Source: an uncultured Gammaproteobacteria bacterium
Lineage (GTDB): Bacteria; Patescibacteriota; Microgenomatia; UBA10105; UBA927
Length of the DNA: 64,000 nucleotides
Reading direction: 5' to 3'
Assembly: GCA_964349125.1 (NCBI GenBank)
Contig: CAYGFH010000001.1
Location: 261,408-325,407, forward strand
Made by a program: the position numbers and the translations under genes. The notes under the pieces are model-generated. The model saw only the letters and a program-made list of their open reading frames with translations, was not told the DNA's origin and searched no databases. Below are positions 18,242 through 27,898 of this stretch, piece after piece (position 1 is the stretch's first letter; each line of letters begins with the position of its first letter).

Positions 18242-19741
18242 TTATTTTTTCTTAAAAGCAAAGAAATTGCCTTCCTGTGCTATAAGCACATACTGCCCGT
18301 TTACAAGTAGTTCTCTGACCGTGTTTCGCTGCGCTTCTCCGCTTGGCCACGCGTACGTATCGCCTAAATATACCACAGTATAATCTGCCTTGTCTGCATT
18401 AATGGGGAAATTATACAGATACTTCCTCTGCGAAAAATGAGCTCCTATGTTGTTGGTCACTGACACTGATTGGGTGCTATCAATCGATGCGGCTACGGCA
18501 TTCATAGTCTGCCTCTCCGGAACCGGTGTTATAAAATGCCAAAACCATTGAGTCTTACCTGACGGAAATTCACCCCATAAGTAGAGTGATATAGACATGC
18601 ATACGGAAATATACGCGAGAATAATCGGCAATTTCCGTATAAAACCGGGCAGGTTTATACGTGTTATCAGACGATGTGCTATGGCGTATCCATGTATTGC
18701 CGATACCATAAGGAATGGAATTATCGTGCTCGTATACTGATAATCTATCTGGCGCATCAGTGTATTGTTACTGAGAGCATTTATGAGTATGCTTTCCATT
18801 GAGAATAGGAGCGCAAACGGTGATACAAGCGGTAAAAATCCCAGCGGAAAGAGCAGTTGATAGTAGTAATACAATCTGTCGGGCCGCGATAATACTGCAA
18901 TAATACCAAGCGGATTTATGAGTAAATTCTTGAATATTTCATTTAGTCCCCCTCCAAATTCGGATAGATAAGAAAGGGCAAAATGCTGCTTCACCGGGGA
19001 AACCGCCGGTATCGCAATCCAAAATAGTATGTAGAATATCGCTCCACTCAGGGCAACTATAGGGATTCCTATTCGAGGGGACTTTTTCCAAATCGAAATA
19101 TATATTCCCATGAGCGCGATGGTAATCCAAATATGTTCTTTTCCAAGTGCAGATAGAACGGCAAAAATAATAAACGGTAGATATTTCCCTTTCACCATGT
19201 ACCAGTATGCAAACAGCAGAAACGTTGTCGTTAATGAGACTGCATGGAAATCATGGAGCATGTTGCGTCCCAAGGGCGGATATAATAAATAGAGCGCAGC
19301 AAAAAATACTGCAATCCGCTCGGATTTAAGTACATGAATTGCAATCCAGTACACAGGAATTGCTCCGATGCCAACAATGATCACCTGTAGAAGCAGCAAT
19401 ACTCTTGGATCCGACCATACCATATAGAGAGGAGATATAAGTATTAATAAAAAATCAGCATGCACAGCCAATCGTGATAACTGGGAGGTTCCCATGGGGT
19501 CAGTCAGTGTAAACCCGTTTCCGTTCACCACATTCCATATTGTCTGATCCATGTTACCCAGATCGAGTCTTCTGGAGTGGAAATTATCGTGGCGCAGTAC
19601 AGCGACAGAACCAAAGAAAAGAACGAATGAAAAAATCAGTGCTGTCAGTAGTGTATGAGGCCTTGATAAAACTGAATGTATTTTTTGCATTTGTCGCATT
19701 ATACCAATATTAGGATTATAACAGGTATATACGCGGTACAT
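18242..19741 (-). CDS. DUF2079-family integral membrane protein (putative GT-C-like glycosyltransferase)
   Basis: 499 aa with more than 10 transmembrane helices. The 3-bp gap to the GT2 gene suggests an operon. Confidence 0.55.
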   Translation of the reverse strand: MYRVYTCYNPNIGIMRQMQKIHSVLSRPHTLLTALIFSFVLFFGSVAVLRHDNFHSRRLDLGNMDQTIWNVVNGNGFTLTDPMGTSQLSRLAVHADFLLILISPLYMVWSDPRVLLLLQVIIVGIGAIPVYWIAIHVLKSERIAVFFAALYLLYPPLGRNMLHDFHAVSLTTTFLLFAYWYMVKGKYLPFIIFAVLSALGKEHIWITIALMGIYISIWKKSPRIGIPIVALSGAIFYILFWIAIPAVSPVKQHFALSYLSEFGGGLNEIFKNLLINPLGIIAVLSRPDRLYYYYQLLFPLGFLPLVSPFALLFSMESILINALSNNTLMRQIDYQYTSTIIPFLMVSAIHGYAIAHRLITRINLPGFIRKLPIILAYISVCMSISLYLWGEFPSGKTQWFWHFITPVPERQTMNAVAASIDSTQSVSVTNNIGAHFSQRKYLYNFPINADKADYTVVYLGDTYAWPSGEAQRNTVRELLVNGQYVLIAQEGNFFAFKKK

Positions 19742-19847
19742 CTGAATATACGCTTAAAATCGGTAAATCTTCAGATATTTTTCAGGATTTCGTATCAGAA
19801 TTACGTAATTGAGAACACAATGATACATTGTTATACTCAATTCACCT

Positions 19848-21260
19848 ATGAAATTGAAAGTAGTTATAGTGATAGTGGCTGTTTTACTCCTGATTGCAGC
19901 CGGCTTTGCCTTCTGGCAACTCAAGTCTCTGGCGGGAAAGACTATAATCAACAATCCCGAGCCTAAAGAAGAATCATATATCACCATCGAAGATAAGCTG
20001 AAGCATAAAAAACCGTTTAGCATACTTCTTTTAGGGTATGCGGGTGGCAAACATGATGGCACGTATCTGACAGATTCGTTAATGGTCGCGAGAATTGACC
20101 CAGCCACGAAAAATGTGTACTTACTCTCTATCCCAAGAGATACGTGGGTAGGCCTTCCAACAGCAGACGGAACATCCCACCACTGGAAGATAAACGCAGC
20201 ATATCAAATAGGATTGGATGACAAAGGATATCCAAATAAACCACCTGAATTCAAAGGAGAAGCAGGTGGTGCAAATCTTGCAAAATATGCCGCATCACAG
20301 GTTACAGGGCAACCGATAGATGGCATAGTTGCCATCGATTTTGCGGGGTTTAAAAATACGATTGATACATTGGGTGGTATAGACATTGAAGTGGAAACGA
20401 CGTTTGATGACTATGCATATCCGCTGGATGTCATACCTGACGAATCATGCGGACATTCGCCTGAGGATATTGAAAAATTCACTGCAACTGCTTCGGCTGA
20501 ACCTCTGCATTGGGAATATTTTTCGTGCAGATACAAACACCTCCACTTCGATAAAGGCATGACGCATATGGATGGAACTACTGCGCTCGAATATGTGAGA
20601 TCTCGCCACAGTGCGGTTGACGGATCTGATTTTGGAAGAGCGAAACGCCAAAGAAATCTTCTACTCGCAGTCAAACAAAAAATTCTTTCCGCGGGATTTA
20701 TTCCAAAGATCATTCCGTTTGTCGAGAGTCTCGGCAACGACTTAAAAACAGATATCTCCCTTACGGATATAAAGGCTATAATCCAAAATATAAATGAACT
20801 TGGAAGTTACCAGATACACACGTATGCACTCACTGACAAAAATTATCTTAATATCACCACAGCTACGAGTGGTGCCTCAATACTGGCACCAAAAGCCGGT
20901 ATCGACACATGGACAAATATTCATGAATGGGTAGCTGACATATACTCCGGAAAACCGGAAAAAGTCCCCATGATTGTCAGAGTAGAAAACGGAACAAAGA
21001 CATCAGGTCTCGCCATTAAAGCAACCCAGACACTTCAGGGATTATCAATTTTGACTGTGGATCCCATAAACAGCAAGGTTAAAACAGAAAAGACATCGGT
21101 AATTGTCTATAATAAAAATATTCAGACTGAGGATATAAATAAGGTGCTCAAGGCGTTTAATGTACCGTCCGCAACGTTTGATACCCACACCACAGATGAG
21201 TATTCCGTCAGTGTTATCCTCGGAGATGATTACGCGAAATCATTATTATCCTCACAGTAA
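19848..21260 (+). CDS. LytR-CpsA-Psr (LCP) family protein
   Basis: N-terminal transmembrane helix. Core motifs LLLGYAGG...R.DT.. and SIPRDTWV are typical of LCP phosphotransferases. Confidence 0.75.
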   Translation: MKLKVVIVIVAVLLLIAAGFAFWQLKSLAGKTIINNPEPKEESYITIEDKLKHKKPFSILLLGYAGGKHDGTYLTDSLMVARIDPATKNVYLLSIPRDTWVGLPTADGTSHHWKINAAYQIGLDDKGYPNKPPEFKGEAGGANLAKYAASQVTGQPIDGIVAIDFAGFKNTIDTLGGIDIEVETTFDDYAYPLDVIPDESCGHSPEDIEKFTATASAEPLHWEYFSCRYKHLHFDKGMTHMDGTTALEYVRSRHSAVDGSDFGRAKRQRNLLLAVKQKILSAGFIPKIIPFVESLGNDLKTDISLTDIKAIIQNINELGSYQIHTYALTDKNYLNITTATSGASILAPKAGIDTWTNIHEWVADIYSGKPEKVPMIVRVENGTKTSGLAIKATQTLQGLSILTVDPINSKVKTEKTSVIVYNKNIQTEDINKVLKAFNVPSATFDTHTTDEYSVSVILGDDYAKSLLSSQ

Positions 21261-21363
21261 CATAAATTCCTCATTTGAATTTGATGCAACGCCACTTTTC
21301 CGTGTTTTGATCAATCCTGTGTATATACACCACCCAAATGTGAATACATGAGTATTGACAAAC

Positions 21364-21376
21364 GCAACTAAGTTGC
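21364..21376 (+). promoter_or_regulatory. putative Fur/Zur-family operator (inverted repeat GCAACT-A-AGTTGC) between -35 TTGACA (21355-21360) and -10 TATCAT (21379-21384)
   Basis: Perfect 6-bp inverted repeat with a 1-nt spacer, placed exactly in the spacer of a sigma70-like promoter directly upstream of the Fur-family and ZIP transporter operon. Confidence 0.5.
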
Positions 21377-21390
21377 ATTATCATACCCAT

Positions 21391-21795
21391 ATGAATGTGG
21401 CAGAGATACTTACATCGTTAAGGTCCAAGGGGCTTCGAACTTCAAAAACCAGAAAGGCAATGCTGGATATTTTTTCCTCCGCACATGGTCCTATCGATGC
21501 GCACGTTTTATTGGATAAGCTGCGAGTCAACAAAACCACAATTTACAGAGAGATAACCACGCTCATTCAGGAAGGTATACTGTCGGAAATAGATTTTGGA
21601 GATGGTAAAAAACGATATGAACTTGCCTCACTTTCACACCATCACCACCTGATATGCACCAAATGTAAAACTATTGAGGAGTATGCTGTGGAAACAGATT
21701 TGTCTACAGAGGAAAGTCGTATACAAAAACAGCATGCGTTTATAGTGCAAAAACACGCATTGGAGTTTTTCGGCGTTTGTAAACACTGTCAATAA
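21391..21795 (+). CDS. Fur-family transcriptional regulator (Zur-like)
   Basis: The ORF track starts at TTG 21355; the likely true start is ATG 21391 (MNVAEILTSLRSKGLR...). The C-terminus has HHHLICTKC...CKHC metal-binding motifs. Confidence 0.75.
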   Translation: MNVAEILTSLRSKGLRTSKTRKAMLDIFSSAHGPIDAHVLLDKLRVNKTTIYREITTLIQEGILSEIDFGDGKKRYELASLSHHHHLICTKCKTIEEYAVETDLSTEESRIQKQHAFIVQKHALEFFGVCKHCQ

Positions 21796-21796
21796 T

Positions 21797-22537
21797 ATGA
21801 ATTATTTATTTGCGATTATTGCCGTAGTTATTGTAAGTCTCTTATCCCTGCTTGGAGCGGGACTTCTCTTGTTTGGACGCATCCATTTAAAGAAGATCAT
21901 GAGCCCACTCATAGCTATATCATCCGGCGTGCTGTTGGGAAGTACATTTTTTGATCTCATACCTGAAAGCCTTGAGCACATGCCAGATACTGCGTTTGTC
22001 TTTATACTCACAGGCATCATAGTATTTTTTTCTCTCGAAAAGCTGTTAAATTGGCACCACCATATAGATGGTGACCATGCGGGAGAAACGAAAGTTCCGG
22101 GATATTTATCACTCATCGGTGACGGTATACATAATTTTATCGACGGCGTAGTTATTGGAGGGGCTTTCCTAGTCTCCATACCACTCGGTATATCTGTCAC
22201 TACAGCGGTGATAGCTCATGAAATACCCCATGAGCTGGCTGACTTTACCATACTGCTACATAGCGGATTTTCTAACAAAAAAGCCCTGCTCTATAATTTT
22301 TTATCTGCCACCACAGCTATTCTGGGAACTGTAACTGTGCTCGTAATGGATTCATTTGCACATTCACTTATTCCCTATCTCATTCCGTTTGCTGCAGGAA
22401 ATTTCCTGTACATAGCCATGAGTGATTTAATTCCAGAGCTGCACCATAAAAACTCCAAACTTATTTCCGTTGTGCAGATCGCACTATTGGTAACAGGTGC
22501 TTTGGCTATTTATATGATGCCGGGGCACGATCATTAG
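21797..22537 (+). CDS. zupT: ZIP-family divalent metal (zinc) transporter
   Basis: ZIP signatures HNFIDG and HEIPHELADF, a His-rich loop (HHHIDGDH) and about 8 transmembrane helices. Confidence 0.8.
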   Translation: MNYLFAIIAVVIVSLLSLLGAGLLLFGRIHLKKIMSPLIAISSGVLLGSTFFDLIPESLEHMPDTAFVFILTGIIVFFSLEKLLNWHHHIDGDHAGETKVPGYLSLIGDGIHNFIDGVVIGGAFLVSIPLGISVTTAVIAHEIPHELADFTILLHSGFSNKKALLYNFLSATTAILGTVTVLVMDSFAHSLIPYLIPFAAGNFLYIAMSDLIPELHHKNSKLISVVQIALLVTGALAIYMMPGHDH

Positions 22538-23718
22538 AACGTAGGCGGCTCATACCCGAATATATATAGTTCTTCCTGCGCTCGGGTAACGCCGGTATAA
22601 AGCCACCGCTTCCAATCATCATCTGACATTTTTCCAAACCGCTCTTCCATCAGTATCACCCTCTTTGCCTGACTACCCTGAGCTTTGTGTACGGTAAGCG
22701 CATACCCAAAATCAAAAAGGTCCCCCTGTTTGGACAGTGCTCTGTTTGGCGTCATGTTTAACGATTCCTGTGCTGTGAATTGATCCTTGTATATAAGACC
22801 GCTGTACACTGACTCTTCCCCATCCATTTGTATTTCAGCTTCGTACCAGGCACTATCTGTTGATCGTATATGCAAAACGGTTCCCAACATGCCATTAAAT
22901 ATTTTCTTCTTGTGATTGTTCCGTAAACAGATCACCCTATCCCCGCTCACGGGCTCGGCGGTCTCAATACCCGCCATCGCGCGCATATGTGCATTTAGTT
23001 TTTTCCGCGTTGCATTAAATCCGCATAAAAGAAGTGTATCGGAGATATCACCTGAGAGCAGTTCACCGAGCGCCTCCTGAGACTCCGAATCTCCCTTATT
23101 GTATTTCACGACACCCTTTCCGTAGCGGCCAACAGGAATGGATCCATGTGTCCTCGCGAGTATTGATACTTCTATGATCGGATTATCTTTCGATTGTCTG
23201 TGAATTTCTTCAAGTTTTAAATCTGTTTTACCCATCAGATTAAAATTTCCCTGTATCGGTGGTAGCTGGCCGTGATCACCGACAACAACCATGGGCTTGC
23301 CGTATCTTTTCAGGTGTTCCCATATCATTCCGTCAACCATCGAGGCCTCATCGATAATGATAAGGTCACATTCGATTTCATCTTTTTGTTTCCATCCGAC
23401 AATTTCTTCACAATCATTTACAACTGGAGAGTATATGAGTGAATGAATTGTTCCCACAGAATCCTTTTTAAACGTGGATAGCGTTCGTTCTATTGTTTGT
23501 GACAGGACCCTGGATGCTTTACCGGTAAAGCTGACGAATGCGACACGAATCCCCGTATGATGCGTTTCCAGTTCCTGCCTAAAATGACCGATCAACGTCG
23601 TTTTTCCCGTACCCGCATACCCACCCAATGTAACATACTGCATTGATCCTTTGTCTTTCTCGTACCATTCGATGAGCGCTGCCAACACGTGTTGCTGATC
23701 TTTTGAGAGGGTTTCCAT
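22534..23718 (-). CDS. RecD/Dda-like superfamily-1 DNA helicase (AAA_30 plus UvrD_C_2-like)
   Basis: Walker A (GYAGTGKT), Walker B (IIIDEASMV), motif III (VVVGDHGQLPPI) and a C-terminal motif (TVHKAQGSQ). Confidence 0.7.
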   Translation of the reverse strand: METLSKDQQHVLAALIEWYEKDKGSMQYVTLGGYAGTGKTTLIGHFRQELETHHTGIRVAFVSFTGKASRVLSQTIERTLSTFKKDSVGTIHSLIYSPVVNDCEEIVGWKQKDEIECDLIIIDEASMVDGMIWEHLKRYGKPMVVVGDHGQLPPIQGNFNLMGKTDLKLEEIHRQSKDNPIIEVSILARTHGSIPVGRYGKGVVKYNKGDSESQEALGELLSGDISDTLLLCGFNATRKKLNAHMRAMAGIETAEPVSGDRVICLRNNHKKKIFNGMLGTVLHIRSTDSAWYEAEIQMDGEESVYSGLIYKDQFTAQESLNMTPNRALSKQGDLFDFGYALTVHKAQGSQAKRVILMEERFGKMSDDDWKRWLYTGVTRAQEELYIFGYEPPTF

Positions 23719-23776
23719 AGAGATATTACTATACTACAATTACAGAACACAGGAATCAGTAGTACACGCAATCCAT

Positions 23777-24094
23777 ATGCACACAGTATCTGCAACATAT
23801 CTACATACACTCGGCAGTGCAATGGTTGGGCTGCTTGGAGCAGAAACCCCTTACCCCGTATACTTCAAGACTAGATGGGGTATACATACATTTGGGATGA
23901 AATTCCCTATTGATGTCATCATCCTTGATGATACGTATCGTGTGGTCCGGACGCGCATCGCATTACCCCCAAATAGGGTGTTTGTTTGGAATCCTAGATA
24001 CCATCACGTCATCGAGTTACCCGCTCTTTCAGTGCCGAAGCAACGTATTCAAATGGGAGAAAAAATTCAGATTGTAAACACGAGGCGCAGTTGA
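23777..24094 (+). CDS. DUF192 domain protein
   Basis: FKTRWGIHTFGMKFPIDVIILD matches the DUF192 core. Confidence 0.6.
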   Translation: MHTVSATYLHTLGSAMVGLLGAETPYPVYFKTRWGIHTFGMKFPIDVIILDDTYRVVRTRIALPPNRVFVWNPRYHHVIELPALSVPKQRIQMGEKIQIVNTRRS

Positions 24095-24097
24095 TAT

Positions 24098-24457
24098 TTA
24101 CGACGCGATCATCCGGATACCGATGAGTACCAGTGCCCCGCCAAATATACGGGTAATAAGCTTTGTCGGCAATTCTGTTGCAAGCTGTCCACCAATCAGC
24201 CCGCCAATAATAAAACCAATACAAATAAGTAAGGCTATCTTCATATCCACATACCCTTGCTTGTAATACGCCCATGCGGCAAAAATACCGATTGGCGGGA
24301 CCAATAGCGCAAGAGTGGTTCCCTGTGCCATTTGTTGTGAAAGTCCGAAAATAAAAACAAGAGCAGGGATGATGATGATTCCCCCGCCAATACCGATAAT
24401 GCCGCTTAACATGCCAGCGAAAAGCCCAAGTATAATAAATCCAAGAATATAAATCAT
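24098..24457 (-). CDS. TauE/SafE (DUF81) family membrane protein, single-repeat short form
   Basis: 119 aa with four transmembrane helices and the Gly-rich GGG(I/V) motifs typical of TauE half-repeats. Confidence 0.6.
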   Translation of the reverse strand: MIYILGFIILGLFAGMLSGIIGIGGGIIIIPALVFIFGLSQQMAQGTTLALLVPPIGIFAAWAYYKQGYVDMKIALLICIGFIIGGLIGGQLATELPTKLITRIFGGALVLIGIRMIAS

Positions 24458-24469
24458 AGTGTCAATGTA

Positions 24470-24667
24470 TTACTGCGCATAACTCTCTAGATACCCGCAT
24501 TTTCCGCAGCGGTATGTGGTGACAGGAAGCGCATTATCCAACCCAACACCCAGTGTGTGTATACCTGTTCCCCAGTTTTGCCTAGTTTGATGCCCAAAAT
24601 TCTCCTTATCCCCTATAAATCCCTTCTCCATTACTACGTTGCACTTTGGACATTGTTTTTCGTTCAT
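24470..24667 (-). CDS. small zinc-ribbon protein
   Basis: 65 aa with two CxxC pairs (CPKC...CGKC). Confidence 0.4.
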   Translation of the reverse strand: MNEKQCPKCNVVMEKGFIGDKENFGHQTRQNWGTGIHTLGVGLDNALPVTTYRCGKCGYLESYAQ

Positions 24668-24692
24668 AGCAGATGCCCTCCAATAAACACTA

Positions 24693-26012
24693 CTACTCCA
24701 GTTTGAACGTTCTATCTAAAAATATTGCCATAGCAGCACGGGTCGTGGGCGCATTTGGACAGAACCGAAGTGGCGAGATACTGCATCCGGCAGTCAAACC
24801 GTCCTGTGTGTAGAATTTCTCTATAAATCCACCAAATTGTGCATTTTTTGGCACGTCCAGAAACACATCACCGACAGCTGCTGGAGGCGCATACGCTTTT
24901 CCATACCGTGTTTTCAGAATAAATACGGATGCCTGTGCTCGGGTAAGTGCCTGATCTGGACAAAACGTATCTGCACCACAACCACTGGTAATACCATCCC
25001 TATATAGCTCTTCTATAAACGCTCTAAATGGATGCCCATCAGGAACATCCGAAAATATCGGTGCAGACTCGAGTTTGGGAGAGTATGATGATCCTTTATT
25101 TGCCCGAACTATCATAACAGCGGCCTGAGCCCTCGTCACCGGTGATTCAGGGCAATACCCCAGAGGATTTTGTCTGCATCCACTGGTGATTCCGTTTCTA
25201 TATATACGCTGTATGGACGAAAAAGCCCAATGGTTTACAGGGACATCAGAAAATATCTGAGGTCTATCCATAAGCCGCTCCAACATAACAGCCATGAATG
25301 CCCTTGTGGCTATTTTTTGTGGACAATATGAACGAGGTCCACCGTCACAATCCAATGCAGTCTCCGCAGAATTTGACCAGCGGGTATTAACGAGGCCATC
25401 TTTATATAACTGTTCAATATAACTGGCGGCAAATGTTGATTTTTTGACATCACTCAGCAGTGTTCCTGTGGCTTCAGGAGGAGTATATCCTTTGCCATGA
25501 ATCGCAATACTCAAGAAGATAGCAAGCTCCGCCCTATTTAGGGCTTTAGTCGGACAGTAGTTGAGAGGAGATTTACTGCATCCGCTAGTTACGCCATCCC
25601 TATAGAGCTGTTCCATAAATCCCCTCATCGGATCATCGGAGACAACATCGGCGAATATCGGAGTAGTGGCTTTTTCAGGCACAAAGTCCCTCCCGTGCAA
25701 CGCACGGACCATAAAAACCGCTGCAGATGCGCGTGTAACAGGCTCCGATGGGCAAAATTTTAACGGATTGGAAGAACATCCTCCGGTCAACCCCAACGAA
25801 TAAATTCTCTCAATTGCGGAAAACGCGTATGAATTAACAGGAACGTCCTGAAACGTGGTCAAACCGTTTCTCTGTTCGGATGCCCGTGATCTAAGTTCAG
25901 TACCACCCTGCATCGCGACATATCCTACTGCCAGTGCAATAACGCCAAACGCGATGGTAAAAACCAATATAAATATTTTTGAATAATTATGACCATGTAT
26001 TGTCGTGCTCAT
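24693..26012 (-). CDS. secreted repeat protein with seven tandem ~60-aa Cys-containing repeats
   Basis: N-terminal transmembrane/signal segment, then seven repeats of the pattern F(S/A)D(V/I)P..HW/A..I..LY..G(I/L)T.GC......YCP....TRA.AA. Confidence 0.55.
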   Translation of the reverse strand: MSTTIHGHNYSKIFILVFTIAFGVIALAVGYVAMQGGTELRSRASEQRNGLTTFQDVPVNSYAFSAIERIYSLGLTGGCSSNPLKFCPSEPVTRASAAVFMVRALHGRDFVPEKATTPIFADVVSDDPMRGFMEQLYRDGVTSGCSKSPLNYCPTKALNRAELAIFLSIAIHGKGYTPPEATGTLLSDVKKSTFAASYIEQLYKDGLVNTRWSNSAETALDCDGGPRSYCPQKIATRAFMAVMLERLMDRPQIFSDVPVNHWAFSSIQRIYRNGITSGCRQNPLGYCPESPVTRAQAAVMIVRANKGSSYSPKLESAPIFSDVPDGHPFRAFIEELYRDGITSGCGADTFCPDQALTRAQASVFILKTRYGKAYAPPAAVGDVFLDVPKNAQFGGFIEKFYTQDGLTAGCSISPLRFCPNAPTTRAAMAIFLDRTFKLE

Positions 26013-26242
26013 ATATTTTTAGTTTGACATAAAGTTACCGAAAGTCAACACTATGATAGTGCAAAAATGCTGAATCTTTTGTATACTTAATTACTATTTA
26101 AAATCAACTGACTATGATAATACCGTTTTTAGCCTGAAGGGAGTAGAGACCCTTCGAAGCACTCCCCTTCGAATCATACCAACCGATTTAGCATTTCCGT
26201 ACTTTAGCTTTCATCATGCGATGGCATACAGAGGAGGTACAC

Positions 26243-27886
26243 ATGCCTGTTGAAATGGATTCCAGAGCAGCGGCAGAAGAACAGGGTTACTTCCAGCAAC
26301 TCGCAGCGCTTCCGTGCGAAGCATGCTCAGCATGTGGCTTATGCGAAATCACCTCCACAAAAATTGATTTTATGGGAAATATATCAAACCTTTCCGATGT
26401 GAACGAAGCAGAAAAACCAAAATTGGAAATGCTCTTTAAAATGGCTGGGTTTGAACAAAAAATATTACACTGGGATGAGTCTGTAGGAGATACCGGGAAA
26501 TTTGAATTCACAAGATTTGGCAGAACATTCAAGGGTGAACTACATCGGAGTGGCGATATAATACTCTCAGTAGAACTTGTCCAAAGCCCTGTCCACACGA
26601 TGGAACAATTCCATCAGATGCAGAAATCTGTTGCTGCCGGTCCCGCGGAAATATCTCCCAATAGTCAATCACAGGGTGAACGGGAGCAGACACGACAGAC
26701 GGATACACAAACCGAAACGGTTGCCACAGTATCCACAGTCATATCGAAAACTGATCAGCACATACCCATACAGGACACCCATATCGCACATGTTAATACC
26801 CTGCTTGAAGCAGACGATTATACGGAAACAATACAGGAATACCATGAGGAAGAAAACACTGAGGCAAACGTAAATCCGGTGCGGATGAAAATTATGAGTA
26901 ACACAAAAATACAGGAAATTCACTATGTGGCACCCCAAGTGTCAGATGTCGAGCATACCGTTTTGCCGAGCAGTGTAGAATACAACCAGTGGAAAAGCGA
27001 GAAACCGTTTGAGGATTGGCAAATAACTCCCCTTCGATCTATATCATTTCTCGATGAAGAGTCGACACCCGCAGCGTCGGATGCAGTTCACACAGAATCA
27101 GTACACGAAATGGTTCCACAGCCAAAACCCTCTGACAGTTCTGAATTTGACAGTACCATATCCGTCTCATTACCCGAGGAGTACCTACTCACAGAACCTA
27201 CACATCAGCCCTCAATACCTGATCGTGAAAATGTTCTGTCTATGGTGGAGACACATAAGCATGCAGAGCGGGAAATGTTTAATTTTATCTCAGAAATTCA
27301 AGCCGCAATTGATATACAGGAGAACACACAAGTGATACATGAGAAATCGAAGCGGGAAACAACTATCCCCGTTGAGACTTCGGTATCCGATGTACATGGA
27401 GAAGCAAAAAATATTCACTTTGCACCGACAAACCAGTCTGAGCATGTCATCATACAATATTTGATAGCCGCAAAAGCACGTATCCAAATTGCATCCGGCC
27501 AAATTCAACTCCAACATACATCGGAAACAACCGGTGATATCTCTGTAAAGGAAAATACGTATAGTATTTCCCAATCAGGAAAAGAACACACCATATCAAT
27601 CGTTGTAAAAAATGATGCTACTCTGGAAATAATCGGAACAGTAGAAGCGCTTCGCGCGCTGGGGATACTACTGTTAGAACTACAGTTGGCACAAACGAAA
27701 CATGCGCACACAAAGGTTCCTGATTTGGCGGATATGGAGACAGCACCGGAAGAAATATCCCCGATCACGATACAGTCTGTACAGATATCTGTTGTGGAGG
27801 AATATGTGTATTTCCTGCGCTATCTGTTGTGGATGGCTGTTTCCGAAGAAATAGAAAAGTCACATCTGCTCAACATGTGTCTGTAA
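26243..27886 (+). CDS. hypothetical acidic protein with N-terminal Cys cluster
   Basis: GGAGG RBS at 26231-26235 before ATG 26243. Contains CEACSACGLC near the N-terminus. Highly acidic (E/D/T/Q-rich) and has no recognisable domain. Confidence 0.5.
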   Translation: MPVEMDSRAAAEEQGYFQQLAALPCEACSACGLCEITSTKIDFMGNISNLSDVNEAEKPKLEMLFKMAGFEQKILHWDESVGDTGKFEFTRFGRTFKGELHRSGDIILSVELVQSPVHTMEQFHQMQKSVAAGPAEISPNSQSQGEREQTRQTDTQTETVATVSTVISKTDQHIPIQDTHIAHVNTLLEADDYTETIQEYHEEENTEANVNPVRMKIMSNTKIQEIHYVAPQVSDVEHTVLPSSVEYNQWKSEKPFEDWQITPLRSISFLDEESTPAASDAVHTESVHEMVPQPKPSDSSEFDSTISVSLPEEYLLTEPTHQPSIPDRENVLSMVETHKHAEREMFNFISEIQAAIDIQENTQVIHEKSKRETTIPVETSVSDVHGEAKNIHFAPTNQSEHVIIQYLIAAKARIQIASGQIQLQHTSETTGDISVKENTYSISQSGKEHTISIVVKNDATLEIIGTVEALRALGILLLELQLAQTKHAHTKVPDLADMETAPEEISPITIQSVQISVVEEYVYFLRYLLWMAVSEEIEKSHLLNMCL

Positions 27887-27898
27887 CGACTGACGCAT

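Noticed and set aside
20411-20737. 108-aa and 68-aa minus-strand ORFs
   Set aside because: Antisense to the LCP gene, whose motifs are clear.
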